Shown piece after piece: positions 1 to 12,800 of a stretch of 64,000 bases of DNA (positions within the stretch are counted from its first letter, which is position 1; each line of letters begins with the position of its first letter). A program made the translations under genes and the position numbers. The stretch spans positions 58,747 through 122,746 of the forward strand of contig JASNZL010000001.1 of NCBI GenBank assembly GCA_048499675.1, in the 5' to 3' direction. This stretch comes from Candidatus Zambryskiibacteriota bacterium. Lineage in GTDB: Bacteria; Patescibacteriota; Minisyncoccia; Phycocordibacterales; WO2-35-19. The notes below the pieces were generated by a model. The model was not told the origin of the DNA and ran no database searches. It saw only the letters and a list, made by a program, of their open reading frames with translations.

Positions 1-484
1 CTTTTCTAAAATTCTGCAAATTTACCGCTTTTATATAATTAATGGTTTTGTATTCAGGGAGTTCTCTCATATACGGATAAGTAATTAGTTTTGTCCCCTC
101 ACTGTAATATTCCTTTGGTAAAGATTCCCATTCTTCTGTCAAAATATAAAAAGTAGGTTTTTCAAAATCATACTCTATACCACCAATCGTATTACCCCCA
201 GTCAAAATCATTCTTATATTTGCTCTTTTGTTGCCATGATTTTTTTCTAAAAGTTCCTCTATTTTTTTCTTTGCACCATCTTCTGTAATAGGAACATTAA
301 GATTCAAAATATGTGCTCCCGAAAGAAATCTTGCCCAATGGTCAGCAAATCTAAAAGGTTTGCCATTGATCCCAGGTATTCCATCATATATTCCATATCC
401 ACGTAAAAGTCCAATATCCAAAACGGACACCCTGGCTTCTTCGATTGAGACTATCTCTCCATTTAAAAAACAATATTTATGCAT
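1..484 (-). CDS. Aminotransferase class IV (D-amino acid/branched-chain), 5' part; runs off window edge
   Basis: Manual translation MHKYCFLNGEIVSIEEARVSVLDIGLLRGYGIYDG...FRFADHWARF...YKTINY matches fold-type IV PLP enzyme motifs. Confidence 0.8.
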   Translation of the reverse strand, partial: MHKYCFLNGEIVSIEEARVSVLDIGLLRGYGIYDGIPGINGKPFRFADHWARFLSGAHILNLNVPITEDGAKKKIEELLEKNHGNKRANIRMILTGGNTIGGIEYDFEKPTFYILTEEWESLPKEYYSEGTKLITYPYMRELPEYKTINYIKAVNLQNFRK

Positions 485-535
485 AATTTAATAATATATA
501 AAAACAAAACTCCAGCAACTGGTAAGCGCCGAAGT

Positions 536-1120
536 TTATTTTTCACTTTCCGGAAATATGGCCATTCTCCTCCAATACTGGAGAAAGACCGGAATTGAAA
601 CAAACAGGTTGGAGACTTCCTCTCTCCTTAAACCTGCTGGGTCATGATAAAAGAATCCTTCTAGGTTGCCCTCGACTGACTCCCTTATTCCGACCAAAAG
701 AACCATATGGAACATCCTACGATCAAGGCAAATGTTCTGTATAGAAACAATCACAGGGTTACCTTTTTTGATGTGTTTCTGTATCTCAAAAACATCCCCT
801 TCACTCATCTTCTCCCTTCTTTTGCAAGGGATGTTGTTTTCATTAAAAATCTGAACTAGGTAATCGTGTACCCAGCCAGAATTTCCATAACCACCCTCTT
901 GTACTCCTTTTTCTACAAAACTACCCAGACTACCGTTTTTGTGGCCATAGTATTTGAGTGCCATATAAACACTTGTCATACCACATGCCCTCAACCCAAG
1001 GACCGAATTCTCAACATCAAGATACTGAGAAAAATACGGAACTGGAAGAATGGTGTCCAAAAATACAACCTCCTTTTCCTTTCTGCTGTTATTTTTATCA
1101 GAATTCATAACAATTATCAA
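536..1120 (-). CDS. C39-like cysteine peptidase
   Basis: VPYFSQ...ACGMTS (Cys), FHMVLLVG (His), YHDP (Asp) papain-like triad. Confidence 0.75.
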   Translation of the reverse strand: MIIVMNSDKNNSRKEKEVVFLDTILPVPYFSQYLDVENSVLGLRACGMTSVYMALKYYGHKNGSLGSFVEKGVQEGGYGNSGWVHDYLVQIFNENNIPCKRREKMSEGDVFEIQKHIKKGNPVIVSIQNICLDRRMFHMVLLVGIRESVEGNLEGFFYHDPAGLRREEVSNLFVSIPVFLQYWRRMAIFPESEK

Positions 1121-1176
1121 ATTTTACTCTACATATCACATATGAGATATAATACAAAAGCCTCTTGGTATTATAT

Positions 1177-2688
1177 TTATGTGATTTTTGATACCTTAGC
1201 TCCAATACTATTTAATCTGTTTGCCACATCTTCATAACCTCTCGCTATAGAATAAACATTTCTAAGTATAGAAACTCCAGGTGAAGCAAGCATAGCAATC
1301 AAAATAATCATTGCAGGCCTTAGAGCTGGCGGACAAACAACTTGCGAAGCTCGCAGATTTGTGGGTCCCGTCACAAAAACTCTATGAGGGTCAGCGAGGA
1401 CGACATTGGCTCCAAGTCGGTTAAGCTCAGTAAAATAGATAGCTCTATTTTCCCACATCCAATCATGAATCAGAGTCGTCCCATCTGCTACTGTTGCAAT
1501 CGGCACAAAGAAAGGTAGGTTGTCTGAATTTATGGCTGGATACGGTCCTGCATGAATCTTATCTTTCAAGGCTTTTAGTTTTGAAGGATAGACCGTTATA
1601 TCTACAAGTTTTGTTTTTTGATTGTAAGACAAATACTCTTCACTAAATTTAAATTTAAGTCCCATTGCTTTTAACTTCATCATTTCCAGAGCTAAGTAAT
1701 CTATTGGACACCTTTCTATCTTGAGTTCGGACTTTGTCACCACTCCCGCACTTATAAACATCATTGATTCTATAGGGTCCTCGCTGTTGTGATATTCAAT
1801 ATCTTTTTTAATAATAGGAAGTCCCGTAACCTCTAGATTATGCGTACCAATTCCATCTATTTTTACACCAAGTCCTTCTAGGAAATATGAGACTTCTCTA
1901 ACCTGATAATTAGGTGGGGCAAACAAAATTTTGGTTTTTGTAGTAAAAAGAGAAGCACATATAAGAGCGTTTATTGCCCCTGTATCGCTCTGCTCATACA
2001 TCACAATTTCATTTGCTGGTTTAAGTTTTGTTGTAATTTGATATCTGTCGTTTAACGATTTTATATTTATACCAAAAGCTTCAAAAACATGTCGGTGAGC
2101 ACCAATTGTCCTTTCTCCCATTTTGCATCCTCCAGAATGGAGCATATTAAAGTTGCCCAAGTGTTTTGCAAGAGCCGGAATAAGCATCAGACTCGATCGC
2201 ATATTTGCAACCGAAGGGTGTGAGAGGCCCTCTTTATTTATTTTCTCCGGCACAACAATTTCCAAAGTCTGCTCTTTGAGCCATCTAGTTTTTACGCCTA
2301 TCTCTGCAAAAATTTCAAGCATTCTATTTACCTCTTCTATGCGAGGAATTCCATTTAATACAGTTTTGCCTTTGTTTATAAGCGAAGCACACAAGAGACC
2401 CATCGCACCATTTTTTGAAGGATTGGTTTTAATTTTACCATGCAACTTTTTGCCTCCTTCTATCTTGAAATCGTAAGAGTCAGATAGAGTAACTATTTTG
2501 TGATCAAGAGCATCTCCAATTCTCAGTAATTCTCCAGATGAGAGATTCTGTCCCCCTCGTTCCATTCTTGCTATAGCACTCTGTGAAGTGTTGAGTCTTT
2601 TAGCAAGTTCCCCCTGAGTAAGCGATCTTTTTTCTCTTAATTTTTTTATAAAAGCCCCTATCGCCTTTTGATTGTCCACATTTTTCAT
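1177..2688 (-). CDS. murA: UDP-N-acetylglucosamine 1-carboxyvinyltransferase with N-terminal XRE HTH
   Basis: N-term IKKLREKRSLTQGELAKRLNTSQSAIARMERG HTH; SKNGA, GGCKMGERT (catalytic Cys), RGYE motifs. Confidence 0.93.
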   Translation of the reverse strand: MKNVDNQKAIGAFIKKLREKRSLTQGELAKRLNTSQSAIARMERGGQNLSSGELLRIGDALDHKIVTLSDSYDFKIEGGKKLHGKIKTNPSKNGAMGLLCASLINKGKTVLNGIPRIEEVNRMLEIFAEIGVKTRWLKEQTLEIVVPEKINKEGLSHPSVANMRSSLMLIPALAKHLGNFNMLHSGGCKMGERTIGAHRHVFEAFGINIKSLNDRYQITTKLKPANEIVMYEQSDTGAINALICASLFTTKTKILFAPPNYQVREVSYFLEGLGVKIDGIGTHNLEVTGLPIIKKDIEYHNSEDPIESMMFISAGVVTKSELKIERCPIDYLALEMMKLKAMGLKFKFSEEYLSYNQKTKLVDITVYPSKLKALKDKIHAGPYPAINSDNLPFFVPIATVADGTTLIHDWMWENRAIYFTELNRLGANVVLADPHRVFVTGPTNLRASQVVCPPALRPAMIILIAMLASPGVSILRNVYSIARGYEDVANRLNSIGAKVSKIT

Positions 2689-2696
2689 ATGATTTT

Positions 2697-2718
2697 ATTA
2701 TATCATATATGATATAAT
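2697..2718. promoter_or_regulatory. Perfect 22-bp palindrome with back-to-back extended -10 boxes between divergent murA and murB
   Basis: ATTATATCATATATGATATAAT; TGaTATAAT on both strands, 7-8 nt from each ATG. Confidence 0.65.
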
Positions 2719-2725
2719 ATATATT

Positions 2726-3724
2726 ATGACTGTGGATAACAACGCTACAATTACAAATTCTCTTGGAGTGCCGTCTATCGCTTTGTATAAAGTTACTTTA
2801 AACTCCCCAGACGAAATACTAGAAGCAATAAAATTTGCAAAAGACAAAAACCTAAACATAATTCCTCTCGGATGTGGTACAAACATACTTCCAGAGAAAC
2901 GCCTAGATGCCGTAGTTCTATATATAGAAAACAAAAACATACAAGTATCTGGTGATGATTTAATTGTAGAATCAGGACTAGCTTGGGACAATGTTGTAGA
3001 ATTTGCTGTCTTAAATAATCTCTCTGGCATAGAAGCTCTGTCTTGGATACCTGGCAATGCTGGCTCCGCTCCTATTCAAAACATAGGTGCATACGGTGCG
3101 GAAATCGCAAATGTTATAAAAAGTGTAAATGTATACAATAGAGATAAAAATACTTTTGAAATATTAGACAAAGAAGAATGTGATTTTACATACAGAAACA
3201 GTATATTCAAACAAAACCCAAACAAATACATAGTCACAGGACTTGTTATTTCTTTAAGTAGAAATATACCCCAAATACCTCAATACAAAGATGTGCTAGA
3301 TTATTTTAAAAATAGAAACATAGAAAAACCTTCACTATTAGAAATCAGGAATGCAATTATAAAAATAAGAAAAAGCAAACTCCCCGACTACAATCAGATA
3401 CCAAACGCCGGTTCTTATTTTACAAATCCCATAATAGACAATAATCTATTAGAAAAAATATTGCCCAAATATCCAGATATTCCAAACTACAAATTAGACA
3501 ACGAAACCTATAAAATACCTGCTGGCTGGCTAATAGAAAAATCGGGATTAAAAGGAGAATGGGTAGGAGAATTAAAAACTTATGACAAAAACGCGCTAGT
3601 ACTCACAAATCCCAACAGAGCGGAGGTGTTCAAAGTTTTAGAGTCAGAAGATTTGATTATAAATAAAGTTTTCGATAATTTCGGTATCAAACTAGAACGG
3701 GAACCTGTATTATTAAAACAATGA
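2726..3724 (+). CDS. murB: UDP-N-acetylenolpyruvoylglucosamine reductase
   Basis: LGCGTN, IPGNAGSAPIQNIGAYG, NAGSYFTNP, LEREP motifs. Confidence 0.95.
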   Translation: MTVDNNATITNSLGVPSIALYKVTLNSPDEILEAIKFAKDKNLNIIPLGCGTNILPEKRLDAVVLYIENKNIQVSGDDLIVESGLAWDNVVEFAVLNNLSGIEALSWIPGNAGSAPIQNIGAYGAEIANVIKSVNVYNRDKNTFEILDKEECDFTYRNSIFKQNPNKYIVTGLVISLSRNIPQIPQYKDVLDYFKNRNIEKPSLLEIRNAIIKIRKSKLPDYNQIPNAGSYFTNPIIDNNLLEKILPKYPDIPNYKLDNETYKIPAGWLIEKSGLKGEWVGELKTYDKNALVLTNPNRAEVFKVLESEDLIINKVFDNFGIKLEREPVLLKQ

Positions 3725-5064
3725 AATACAAAGATTTTTTTAAAAATAAAAAAGTAACACTTATGGGTCTTGGCCTTCTAGGTAGAGGCTTGGGCGACGC
3801 TTCTTTTATTGCACAATACGCTCAAGAGCTTATTATCACAGATTTAAAAACAGAAGAGGATTTAAAACAAAGTTTAAACAAACTAAAAAAGTATAAAAAT
3901 ATAAAATTTACTCTGGGTAAACATTCCGAAAATGATTTTATTAACCGAGATATGATTATAAAAGGCGCTGGAGTTCCTCTTGATTCCCCATTCCTAAAAA
4001 AGGCCGAGCAAAACAGAATACCTGTTTATATGAGTACGGCACTTTTTGCAAAATTCTGGAAAGAAGATTTTAATGGCAAAATAGTAGGTATTACTGGTAC
4101 TAGAGGCAAAACCACAACAACAAGCCTTGTGTATCACATTCTTAAAGAAAGTGGATTTGATTGCTTACTTGGTGGAAACATACAAGGTGTTTCTACTCTT
4201 GCTCTTCTCAACAAAAAACACAAAAAAGGCACTGTTGCAATACTTGAACTTGATTCTTGGCAACTCCAAGGTTTTGATTATCTAAAAATAAGTCCCGATA
4301 TTTCTATTTTTACAAACCTATACAGAGACCATATGAATTATTACAAAAATGATATGAATCTATATTTTAGAGACAAAGCTTCTATATTTTTAAATCAAGG
4401 AAATGAATCTGTATTAATAGCTGGAGAAAATATTTACAAGAAAATTAAAAGTGAATACGGGGAAAAAATAAAATCTAGAATTATAAAAACCAAAACAAAG
4501 GATTTACCAAATAATATCAAACACAAATTGCTTGGCAAACACAATCTAGAAAATCTTATTTGCGCAATTATAACCGCAAGAGAGTTTGGTATAAGTGACC
4601 AAAAAATAAATAGTGCTCTAAAAAACTTTAAAAATGCATCTGGCAGACTAGAGCATATTTTGACTAAGAATGGTGTTGAAATATACAATGACACAACCTC
4701 AACCACTCCCGAGGCCGGACTATCCGCACTTAAATCTTTTGAAAGTAAGAAAGGAAAAATAATTCTTATTTGCGGAGGCAGTGATAAAGGACTTCAAATG
4801 GATAAGTTTATTGCACACGCCAAAAAAATTTGCAAGAAAATAATACTCTTAAACGGCACAGGAACAGACAAAATAAAGAATAAAGTAAAGAACAGTGAAA
4901 TTTTTTCTAATTTAGAAAAAGCTGTAGAGAGTGCTTTAAATTCCTCAAAAAAAGGAGATGTAGTATTATTTAGTCCAGCATTTGCCTCCTTTGGTATGTT
5001 TAAAAACGAATATGACAGAGGTTCTAAATTTAATAAAATTATAACAAAGCTCACTTCCAAATAA
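3721..5064 (+). CDS. murD: UDP-N-acetylmuramoyl-L-alanine--D-glutamate ligase
   Basis: GITGTRGKTTT, GGNI, ELDSWQL, DHMNYY, SPAFASFGMFKNEYDRG. Confidence 0.95.
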   Translation: MKYKDFFKNKKVTLMGLGLLGRGLGDASFIAQYAQELIITDLKTEEDLKQSLNKLKKYKNIKFTLGKHSENDFINRDMIIKGAGVPLDSPFLKKAEQNRIPVYMSTALFAKFWKEDFNGKIVGITGTRGKTTTTSLVYHILKESGFDCLLGGNIQGVSTLALLNKKHKKGTVAILELDSWQLQGFDYLKISPDISIFTNLYRDHMNYYKNDMNLYFRDKASIFLNQGNESVLIAGENIYKKIKSEYGEKIKSRIIKTKTKDLPNNIKHKLLGKHNLENLICAIITAREFGISDQKINSALKNFKNASGRLEHILTKNGVEIYNDTTSTTPEAGLSALKSFESKKGKIILICGGSDKGLQMDKFIAHAKKICKKIILLNGTGTDKIKNKVKNSEIFSNLEKAVESALNSSKKGDVVLFSPAFASFGMFKNEYDRGSKFNKIITKLTSK

Positions 5065-5066
5065 TT

Positions 5067-6362
5067 ATGAGTTTTCTCAATAAACAAAATTATCATTTTA
5101 TAGGGATAGGCGGAATTGGAATTTCAGCTATTGCCAAAATGTTATTACTGGAAGGAAAGACTGTATCCGGATCAGACCTTTCTAATTCCGACATCATAGA
5201 AGATTTGAAAAATTTGGGTGCCGACATAAACCTAGACCAAAACGAGAATAATATAAAAAAAGAAATAGAGGTTGTCATATACACAGTTGCAATAACAGAA
5301 AATAATCCCGAACTAAAAAAAGCAAGGGAATTACAAATCATTTGCAAAACATACCCAGAAGCACTTGGAGAACTTTCTGCTATAAAGAAGACGATAGCAA
5401 TATCAGGAACTCATGGTAAAACAACTACAACAGCGATGATTGCTCACATCATGAATAAACAGAAACTAGATCCGACTGTAATTGTTGGATCAAAAATACT
5501 TGGCGAGAATTCAAATTTTAAAAAAGGCAACAGTGATTATTTAGTTGTTGAGGCTTGTGAGTACAAGAGATCCTTCCTTAATTTAAATCCAAGTATTTTG
5601 GTCATAACAAACATAGAAGAAGACCATTTGGACTACTACAAAAACCTTGATGATATACTCTCTGCATTCAAAGAACTCACAGGGAGAGTTTCTGAAAATG
5701 GTTTTATAATTACGGACCTAAAAAGTGAGAATATAAGAACTGTTTTAAAAGAAGCAGACCTAAAAAATGGAGTCAAAGTGCTTGATTATAATGATATAGA
5801 AATCAAGGATATAATTTCTGTCGAAGGTGAACACAATTTAATGAATGCAAAGTCAGCTATAAAAACACTTGAGAGCCTGTCGGTAGATAGAGAAAAATCC
5901 ATACTGGCCCTCAATGATTTCAGTGGTACTTGGCGCAGAATGGAGTATAAAGGGGAGAAAGATGGTAATTTATATTTTGATGATTACGCACATCACCCAA
6001 CTGCAATAAAACTTACCCTAAAAGCTCTTAAGAACAAATATAAAGACAAGAAAATTGTTTGTGTATTTGAACCACATCAACAAAGCAGAACAAGAGAATT
6101 TTTTGATGATTTTGTTGAGGCAGTTGGAACAGCGGATTTTACTTTTATTGCTCCAATATTTATAACAAGAGAAATTGACGATTTGGTTACAACAAATATC
6201 AAGTTAAGTAATGCAATAAATAACAATGGGAACGTTGCCTTTCCAGTAAACAACGTTTCAGAACTCAAAAAATATATAGAGAAAATTAGCAACAATAATC
6301 TATGTGTCGTACTTATGGGCGCGGGCGATATTTATAAGTGGACACCAAATTTGCTAGAATAG
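5067..6362 (+). CDS. murC: UDP-N-acetylmuramate--L-alanine ligase
   Basis: HFIGIGGIGIS, GTHGKTTTT, EACEY, DHLDYY, DDYAHHPT. Confidence 0.95.
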   Translation: MSFLNKQNYHFIGIGGIGISAIAKMLLLEGKTVSGSDLSNSDIIEDLKNLGADINLDQNENNIKKEIEVVIYTVAITENNPELKKARELQIICKTYPEALGELSAIKKTIAISGTHGKTTTTAMIAHIMNKQKLDPTVIVGSKILGENSNFKKGNSDYLVVEACEYKRSFLNLNPSILVITNIEEDHLDYYKNLDDILSAFKELTGRVSENGFIITDLKSENIRTVLKEADLKNGVKVLDYNDIEIKDIISVEGEHNLMNAKSAIKTLESLSVDREKSILALNDFSGTWRRMEYKGEKDGNLYFDDYAHHPTAIKLTLKALKNKYKDKKIVCVFEPHQQSRTREFFDDFVEAVGTADFTFIAPIFITREIDDLVTTNIKLSNAINNNGNVAFPVNNVSELKKYIEKISNNNLCVVLMGAGDIYKWTPNLLE

Positions 6363-6369
6363 AAGATAT

Positions 6370-6840
6370 ATGAAAAAAGAAGCACGAGTACAAAAAATAG
6401 AACCAATGTTGTTTGAAACATATATCGCTAGTATAAAAAATAGTGTTGGTTCAAAAATGTTTAGACAGATATATGCAAAAATAAACAGTAAGAAAATAGA
6501 TATAACAGAAAACGGTAATCTTTCTTGTGCATACTATGTTTCTTCCCTACTTTTGATTTTTAAACTCGTAAGCGAGGTACATGCAACAGTTTCGGGCACA
6601 GTAAGAGATCTAAAAGAGTCGGGCTGGATAGAAATAGCTAAGCCAAAAATTGGTTCTATTTTGGTATGGTCTAAAAAAGATTTCGGTAAAGGAGATTTAC
6701 ATAGCCATATTGGATTCTATATTGGTAAAGATGAGGCTATAAGCAACAGTTATAAAAAAAGAATTATAGAAAAACATCACTATACTTACAAAAACACAAG
6801 AAAAATAGAGATGATTTTTTGGAACAAAAAACTATCTTAA
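6370..6840 (+). CDS. Hypothetical protein, possible NlpC/P60/CHAP-like Cys-His amidase
   Basis: LSCAYYVS and HSHIGFYIG motifs; last gene of mur operon. Confidence 0.5.
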   Translation: MKKEARVQKIEPMLFETYIASIKNSVGSKMFRQIYAKINSKKIDITENGNLSCAYYVSSLLLIFKLVSEVHATVSGTVRDLKESGWIEIAKPKIGSILVWSKKDFGKGDLHSHIGFYIGKDEAISNSYKKRIIEKHHYTYKNTRKIEMIFWNKKLS

Positions 6841-9800
6841 GGAATTTCAATAGTGCCATCAATAATTCCATTCTCTCCAACATATATATTTTTATTTTTT
6901 ATATTTTGTATTGAATTACCTTCAATTTTTTTGATTTTTACTACATAATTTCCTTCAGGAACTTTAATATAAAATCTACCAAATCTATCTGTTAGAGATT
7001 TGCCAACTAGCATTCCTTCATTACTTATTGGATACACTTCCACATAAAGACCAACAGCAGATTTTCCTTTTGATACAACCTTACAACCCGCAAAAATTGA
7101 AGGTACATATTTTTTCAGTACAGCAAGTGCTATATAAAAAACTAAAAGAGTTCCACTTAAAATATTTATACTAAATATAAAGAATATGAAAGTAGAGACA
7201 AATCCAGTCCAGAATAATATTTCCAAAATACCTCTTAAATACTTCAGATGAGTTGAACTTTTATTTACCAAAACACCTTCTTCTAAGTAGTAATTATTTA
7301 GTAGTGGTATTTTAATCAATGTATTGTTATTTATTTGGTTTGGGTTAAATACACTACCGTTATAATAGTATTCATTTTCTTCGTGACTTATACTGTTATA
7401 ATTTTGTTCTATAGTATAACCTTTTTTATTTACTTCTATACAGACATCTTTGTTGTATTTTTCAAAACTAAATTCACCTTTACTGTTAGTAATTTCATAA
7501 GATAATGCTTTGCTGGTGCTTGCATCCACAATTTTTATCATTACAAAAGCAACTGGTTTTGTATTTATGGTATCAAATACCAAACCATAAATTTTTACCT
7601 TCTTTCTTACAACAAAAAATCTTATAAATGATTGTATTAATCCAATTATCCCAAACAAGAAATCCTTAATACTTTTAATTCTTCCAAGGCCAGAGAACAA
7701 TGATAAAGAATACTGCAAACTCAGAATAATCGGTGCTAATCCAAATATACTCACAGCAAATAGTTTGGATTTTTGATTATAAAAATCCATTAAATTTTGC
7801 TTAAGTGAGGCAAATTTGGAAACAAAATTTTCAAAGTCTACAACTAAAATTATCCTCTTCACTCCCTCTATAAGATCAACTATTTTTCCTCCAACATTAT
7901 TAATATTTTGAGTTATGGAGTCTGTTAAATCAGTTATAATTTCAGTATTAATGGGTGGGATTACAACTTTTGGCGACTCATCTTTCAAAACAGGTTTTTC
8001 ATCAGTTACATCTGGGTGATCGATTTTATCTTCAGGAGATGCAATTTCTGTTATGTTAGTAATATCGTCTTCTACGGGAACAGTATCAGAACCCGAGGTT
8101 TCTTCTTCGACAATAGTGCATCCCAAATTATATGGCCTAAATATTAGTTGATCCTCAGGTGTCATTACAAAATAAAAATGCGATTCAGTGGTATGCCTTT
8201 CTGCAAAGTAAATTTCAAACAAATGCTCACTACTTAAATATACTGTTCCATACATAGATCTTGGAGCATGTATTCCTGAATTATCTGTAATAAGTTTTCC
8301 ATCAATATAAAACCAAGAATCATCATCAGAAGTTATTCTGAATGAATAAAGCCCAGGTTTGAGTACTTCTACTTTTGATTTCCAAACTGCCCCAAAGTAA
8401 TACGCCTTGCCTGAAATGAGTTTTTCAGGAATGTAATTAAACGGGAAAAATGCAGAGCCAAATTTAAGATTTGGACTTGTTTTTGCAAACCTAAAATACT
8501 TATCATCATACCAGTCACCTTGCCAAGCAGATTTACTTGATAGAGGATCACCAAATATATTTTTCCACACACTATCCCATAATTTTGGTGCTACCTGCAC
8601 GTTAGGATGATTCTTTGGGTAATCATAATATTTACCAAACCAACCAAAACTATTTGTTGATACTTCACAATGATCTTCAACTGTCCAACTTTCTAACTCC
8701 TTATTTTGCAAAGCATTACTATGGTTCCAGACAGGGTCAGTTTGTGCCACAAGATCAATGTTGTATAAGGCGCACGATGGATTATTTGGGTTTGCTACGC
8801 AAAACTCGTGGTCTTGATTTCTGTATGCGCCACTACCACTTTGACTAGACCCAGAAATACCCGATTCATTATTAGTCTCTATCGGACACGTATTTGTTTT
8901 GAAAGCTACAGAAGAAGAATACAGGGTCAACACCCCTAAACCATTTCTTGCTCTAGCGCTCAGTTCATAATCAGTATCACAAGCAAGATTCAAAATATTT
9001 GCACTTGTGGTACCAAACCAACCAAAACTTTGATTGGATAATGAGTCGTATATCTCATAATCTGTCAAACTTGGGTTATTGTTAGCATTCCAAAACAACG
9101 AGACTGAATTTTGAGTAACTGTTTCTAGGGTTAATCCAGTTGGAACATTTGCTTCTGTATAAGTTGATACAAATGGAGTTATACCACTATCCCCGTTTGT
9201 ATTAGTCACTGTAGTATAAAAATCATATTTAGTATTGGGTGTAAGGTTAGAACTTGTCCACGTTGCACTATTTGTATTTCCACTATTAGTAGAATTTGTA
9301 ATATTTTGGAAATTATACGGACTAACAGCTAATCCATACTGGGAGTCAGATGAACCAGAAATTGATACTGTTATGGTGCTAGTTCCAACCTCATCTATAG
9401 ATAAATTCCCAGGATTTAAAGAATCTAAAACTTGGTAGTATATAGAATCAGAAACAATACCAGAACTACTTGCGTTGTTATAGAAAATTGCATAAACATT
9501 ATATGTTCCATTTACACAAGGATCTATTCCATCACAAATGTCCCAATTTTTAGTTGTGTTATATGGCTCCAAAACTGATCCAGAAAAATCTGAAAAATTG
9601 GAAATTCTCATGTGAGTAGTTCCTGTTTGTCCAGTTAATTGGAGTGTCACATTACGAGTTGAAACTAATGATTCGTTCTGATTTATTAATAATGCAAAAC
9701 CTTCTGTTACTGCGCCTTCCCAAGGATCTTCTGGCCCTGATCCAGATTCTGAACCATCCCCTGATACATAAACGCTCTCCGCTAATGTTATATCTGTATA

Positions 9801-12800
9801 ATTGTTAGCCTTATCAAATACTCTTATCTTGAAATTATATGTTCCTTCTGAAAGACCATAATTAGTCCACGTTGTATTATTGATGTTTCCAGAGTTTGAA
9901 TAATTGGTTGTATTTTGGAAATTGTATGGATTTGTAGCAAGTCCAGAATCCAAATCATCACCACCAGAAAAGGTTAAAGTCACAGAACTTGTGGTGGTAC
10001 TCAAAACACTTAGTGTACCTGGAATAGGTGCAATAGTATCTAGTTTGAAAGCAATATTTCCACTATTTGCACTTACCCAAGCAGATTCTTCTAAACTTGG
10101 ATCAATACTTTTAACCCTCCAATAATACCCATCTCCACTATCAACCAATGATTGACCTGCGCTACCCATAATGTAATTTCCAGAACCTTCAGTTTGACCT
10201 ACAGTAAAAGTCCTAATTCCCTGAGAACCTGAAGCAGATGTGTAATCAACTACTAAGTCAGTAAACAATGAATCTGTGGATACTTGTAATCTGTATACTA
10301 ATAGATCTGAAGCATCTGGATCATCCAATATAAATCTTAGAGTTGGTTTGTTATTATTTACCCAGCCACCACTTTGGTATTCTGAAAAACCTAAATTATA
10401 AGGATTATTTGGTGCTTGGTTACAAGGAGACGCATCTGGACTGACTGCGCCACTATATGAAGTTTCTATATTTTCAGCATTCCTTGCTTTTACATGAAAT
10501 GAATAAGAAACACCACAAGAAAGACCGCTTATAGTGGTACTTGTAGATGTAATCCATCCTGAATTAAATTCACTAGTTAAATTTTCAACATAATATTCGG
10601 TACCTATAGGATTAGAATTTGCATCCCAACTCACTAATATCTCTGATTGTGATAAAACCTCTGTATTAATATTTGTTGGGATATTTGCTCTAGTATATCT
10701 ACTTGATTCTGGTGTAGTCGACGAATTAAAAGCATTATCTAAAACATCGATTTTATAATTATATAAGGTGTTTGGAGTTAGACCTGTATTACTCCAAGTA
10801 AGACCTGTGGAAGTTGCGATTTGGCCCGTAGTTAGATTGTAATATCTATACAAACCAATACCAGACAAAGAATCACTAGATCCAGCGGTATTCATAGATA
10901 TTGATGTTGGATTAATTGATGTAAAATTTACTGTGCCAGGTATTGGCTCGGTAAGATCTAATTTAAAAGCAATACTTCCAGAATTAGCAAGAGTAAAAGA
11001 TGAGGTTGCACCAACTTCATCAATTGTTTGCACTCTCCAGTAATATGAAGTAGATTCTGAAAGTGTTTGCCCTTCATTTCCTATTGTGTATAAACCAGTA
11101 GATTCGGGTTGACCAACTATAAAATTGTTAGCGCCTTGATTTAACAAACCAGAAGTATAATCAACGACGGGAGACGAATAATTACTATCATTATCTATTT
11201 GTATTCTATACTTTACTTGTTCCAATAAATCTGGATCTGATAATGTAAAATTAAGTGTTGGTGCAGAACTACTTGCCCAACTATTGGTTACATAAATGTT
11301 CGGTCCTAAAGAAGACGGGGAGCTAGGTGCACTATTTTCTTCTCCTGTCGCAAAAGACACATTGTCACCATAAATAATTCCGTCGTTCGTGGAAAGAAAA
11401 GCCCTAACATAATATGTAGTGTTTGGACTCAATCCAGACATCGACTCTGAATAAGGACCAATCTCGTTAATAAAACCACTTTGACTAAAATTTTCATTAG
11501 TGCTTTTAAATTCTATATCAGTGAGCGCTGTATATGTGGACCCATTATTTGCAGATATTAATATTCTATATTTTTCATAAGGCGTCTCGTTTACGAGATT
11601 ATAAGTCCTTGATTCCCTTATAGCCCAACCCGTTTGACTAGTAATAGTTTGTAAATTGATCCAATCTACACCATCCCAAGCTTGAAACTGCCAATCTCTT
11701 GGAGATTCCGTAATTATTTCTGACCCAACTATTACATATCTATTTACGACTACATTATAAGGAAAACCATACTCTAAATCATATGGAGCTCCCGCATTAG
11801 AAAACCACTTTGTTGAAGTACTACTGTCAAAAGCATTGGGAACTAATGCTGAATTTTTCGATCCATATGGTGTTCCAGAAACTATGTTGTCAATCAAGTT
11901 AACATTAGGAAAATTTGGATTATTCCAAGTTGCCCAAACCACCCCATGATTATTAATGGAGTAATATCCAATATTTGTAATTGTAGAATTTGCTGTAGCT
12001 GAAGTTCCAGTATAATTATCAGATATTGAATCTGTTGTAACACTTGGATAAATTGTAGGCAAAACTGTACCATCTGTTCCGTTGTTCAAAACATTTCCAG
12101 TAATTCCTCCACCCGCAGTTCTTGATGGATTGGAAACCGCATTATTTGCATAAATAGCTATTCTACCACCACCACCACCTCTTTTAGCTGCGCTTCCAGC
12201 TCCGTTTGCAGTTATTGAACCAGTTCCCACAAGACCATCTGTTCTTAAATAAACTGAACCCCCTGAACCAGAACCAGGGTTCCAACATAAATCAATTACC
12301 TCTTCTGTGCTACCATTTGAAGAAATACTTCCATTAATAGTAGTAGTACCAGTAATATTCAAAATTATCGCGCCACCACCCCATAAGCCAACCCTATCGT
12401 TTGGAGTACCCCCACTACATGTATAACCTCCTCCTGAACCCAAATCAGTTGGTGCGGTTGAAGACCCATAAGTAGAACCCGGAGTCTCTGGAAGTCCTGC
12501 ACCAAGCGCACCAACACCACCATAGGATGCACCCGAACCAGTTGTTCCGCTATTTGTAGGAGGAGTCCCTGGGCCATTTCCAACAGGATATCCTTTTGCA
12601 TCAACATTAATGCTTCCACCAGAGTTAACAGTTAAATCTCCATTTATTGTCCAATTCAACTTAATTAACGATTCTGTTCCAGTTGTAGCATGAGTGTTGT
12701 AACCATGCGTAAGAATACCATTAACAGTAAGATTGTTATACGACCTCAAGCTTTGATTTAAATTTGAAGCTTCATTAAATATCAATCTAGAAGAAGTCGG

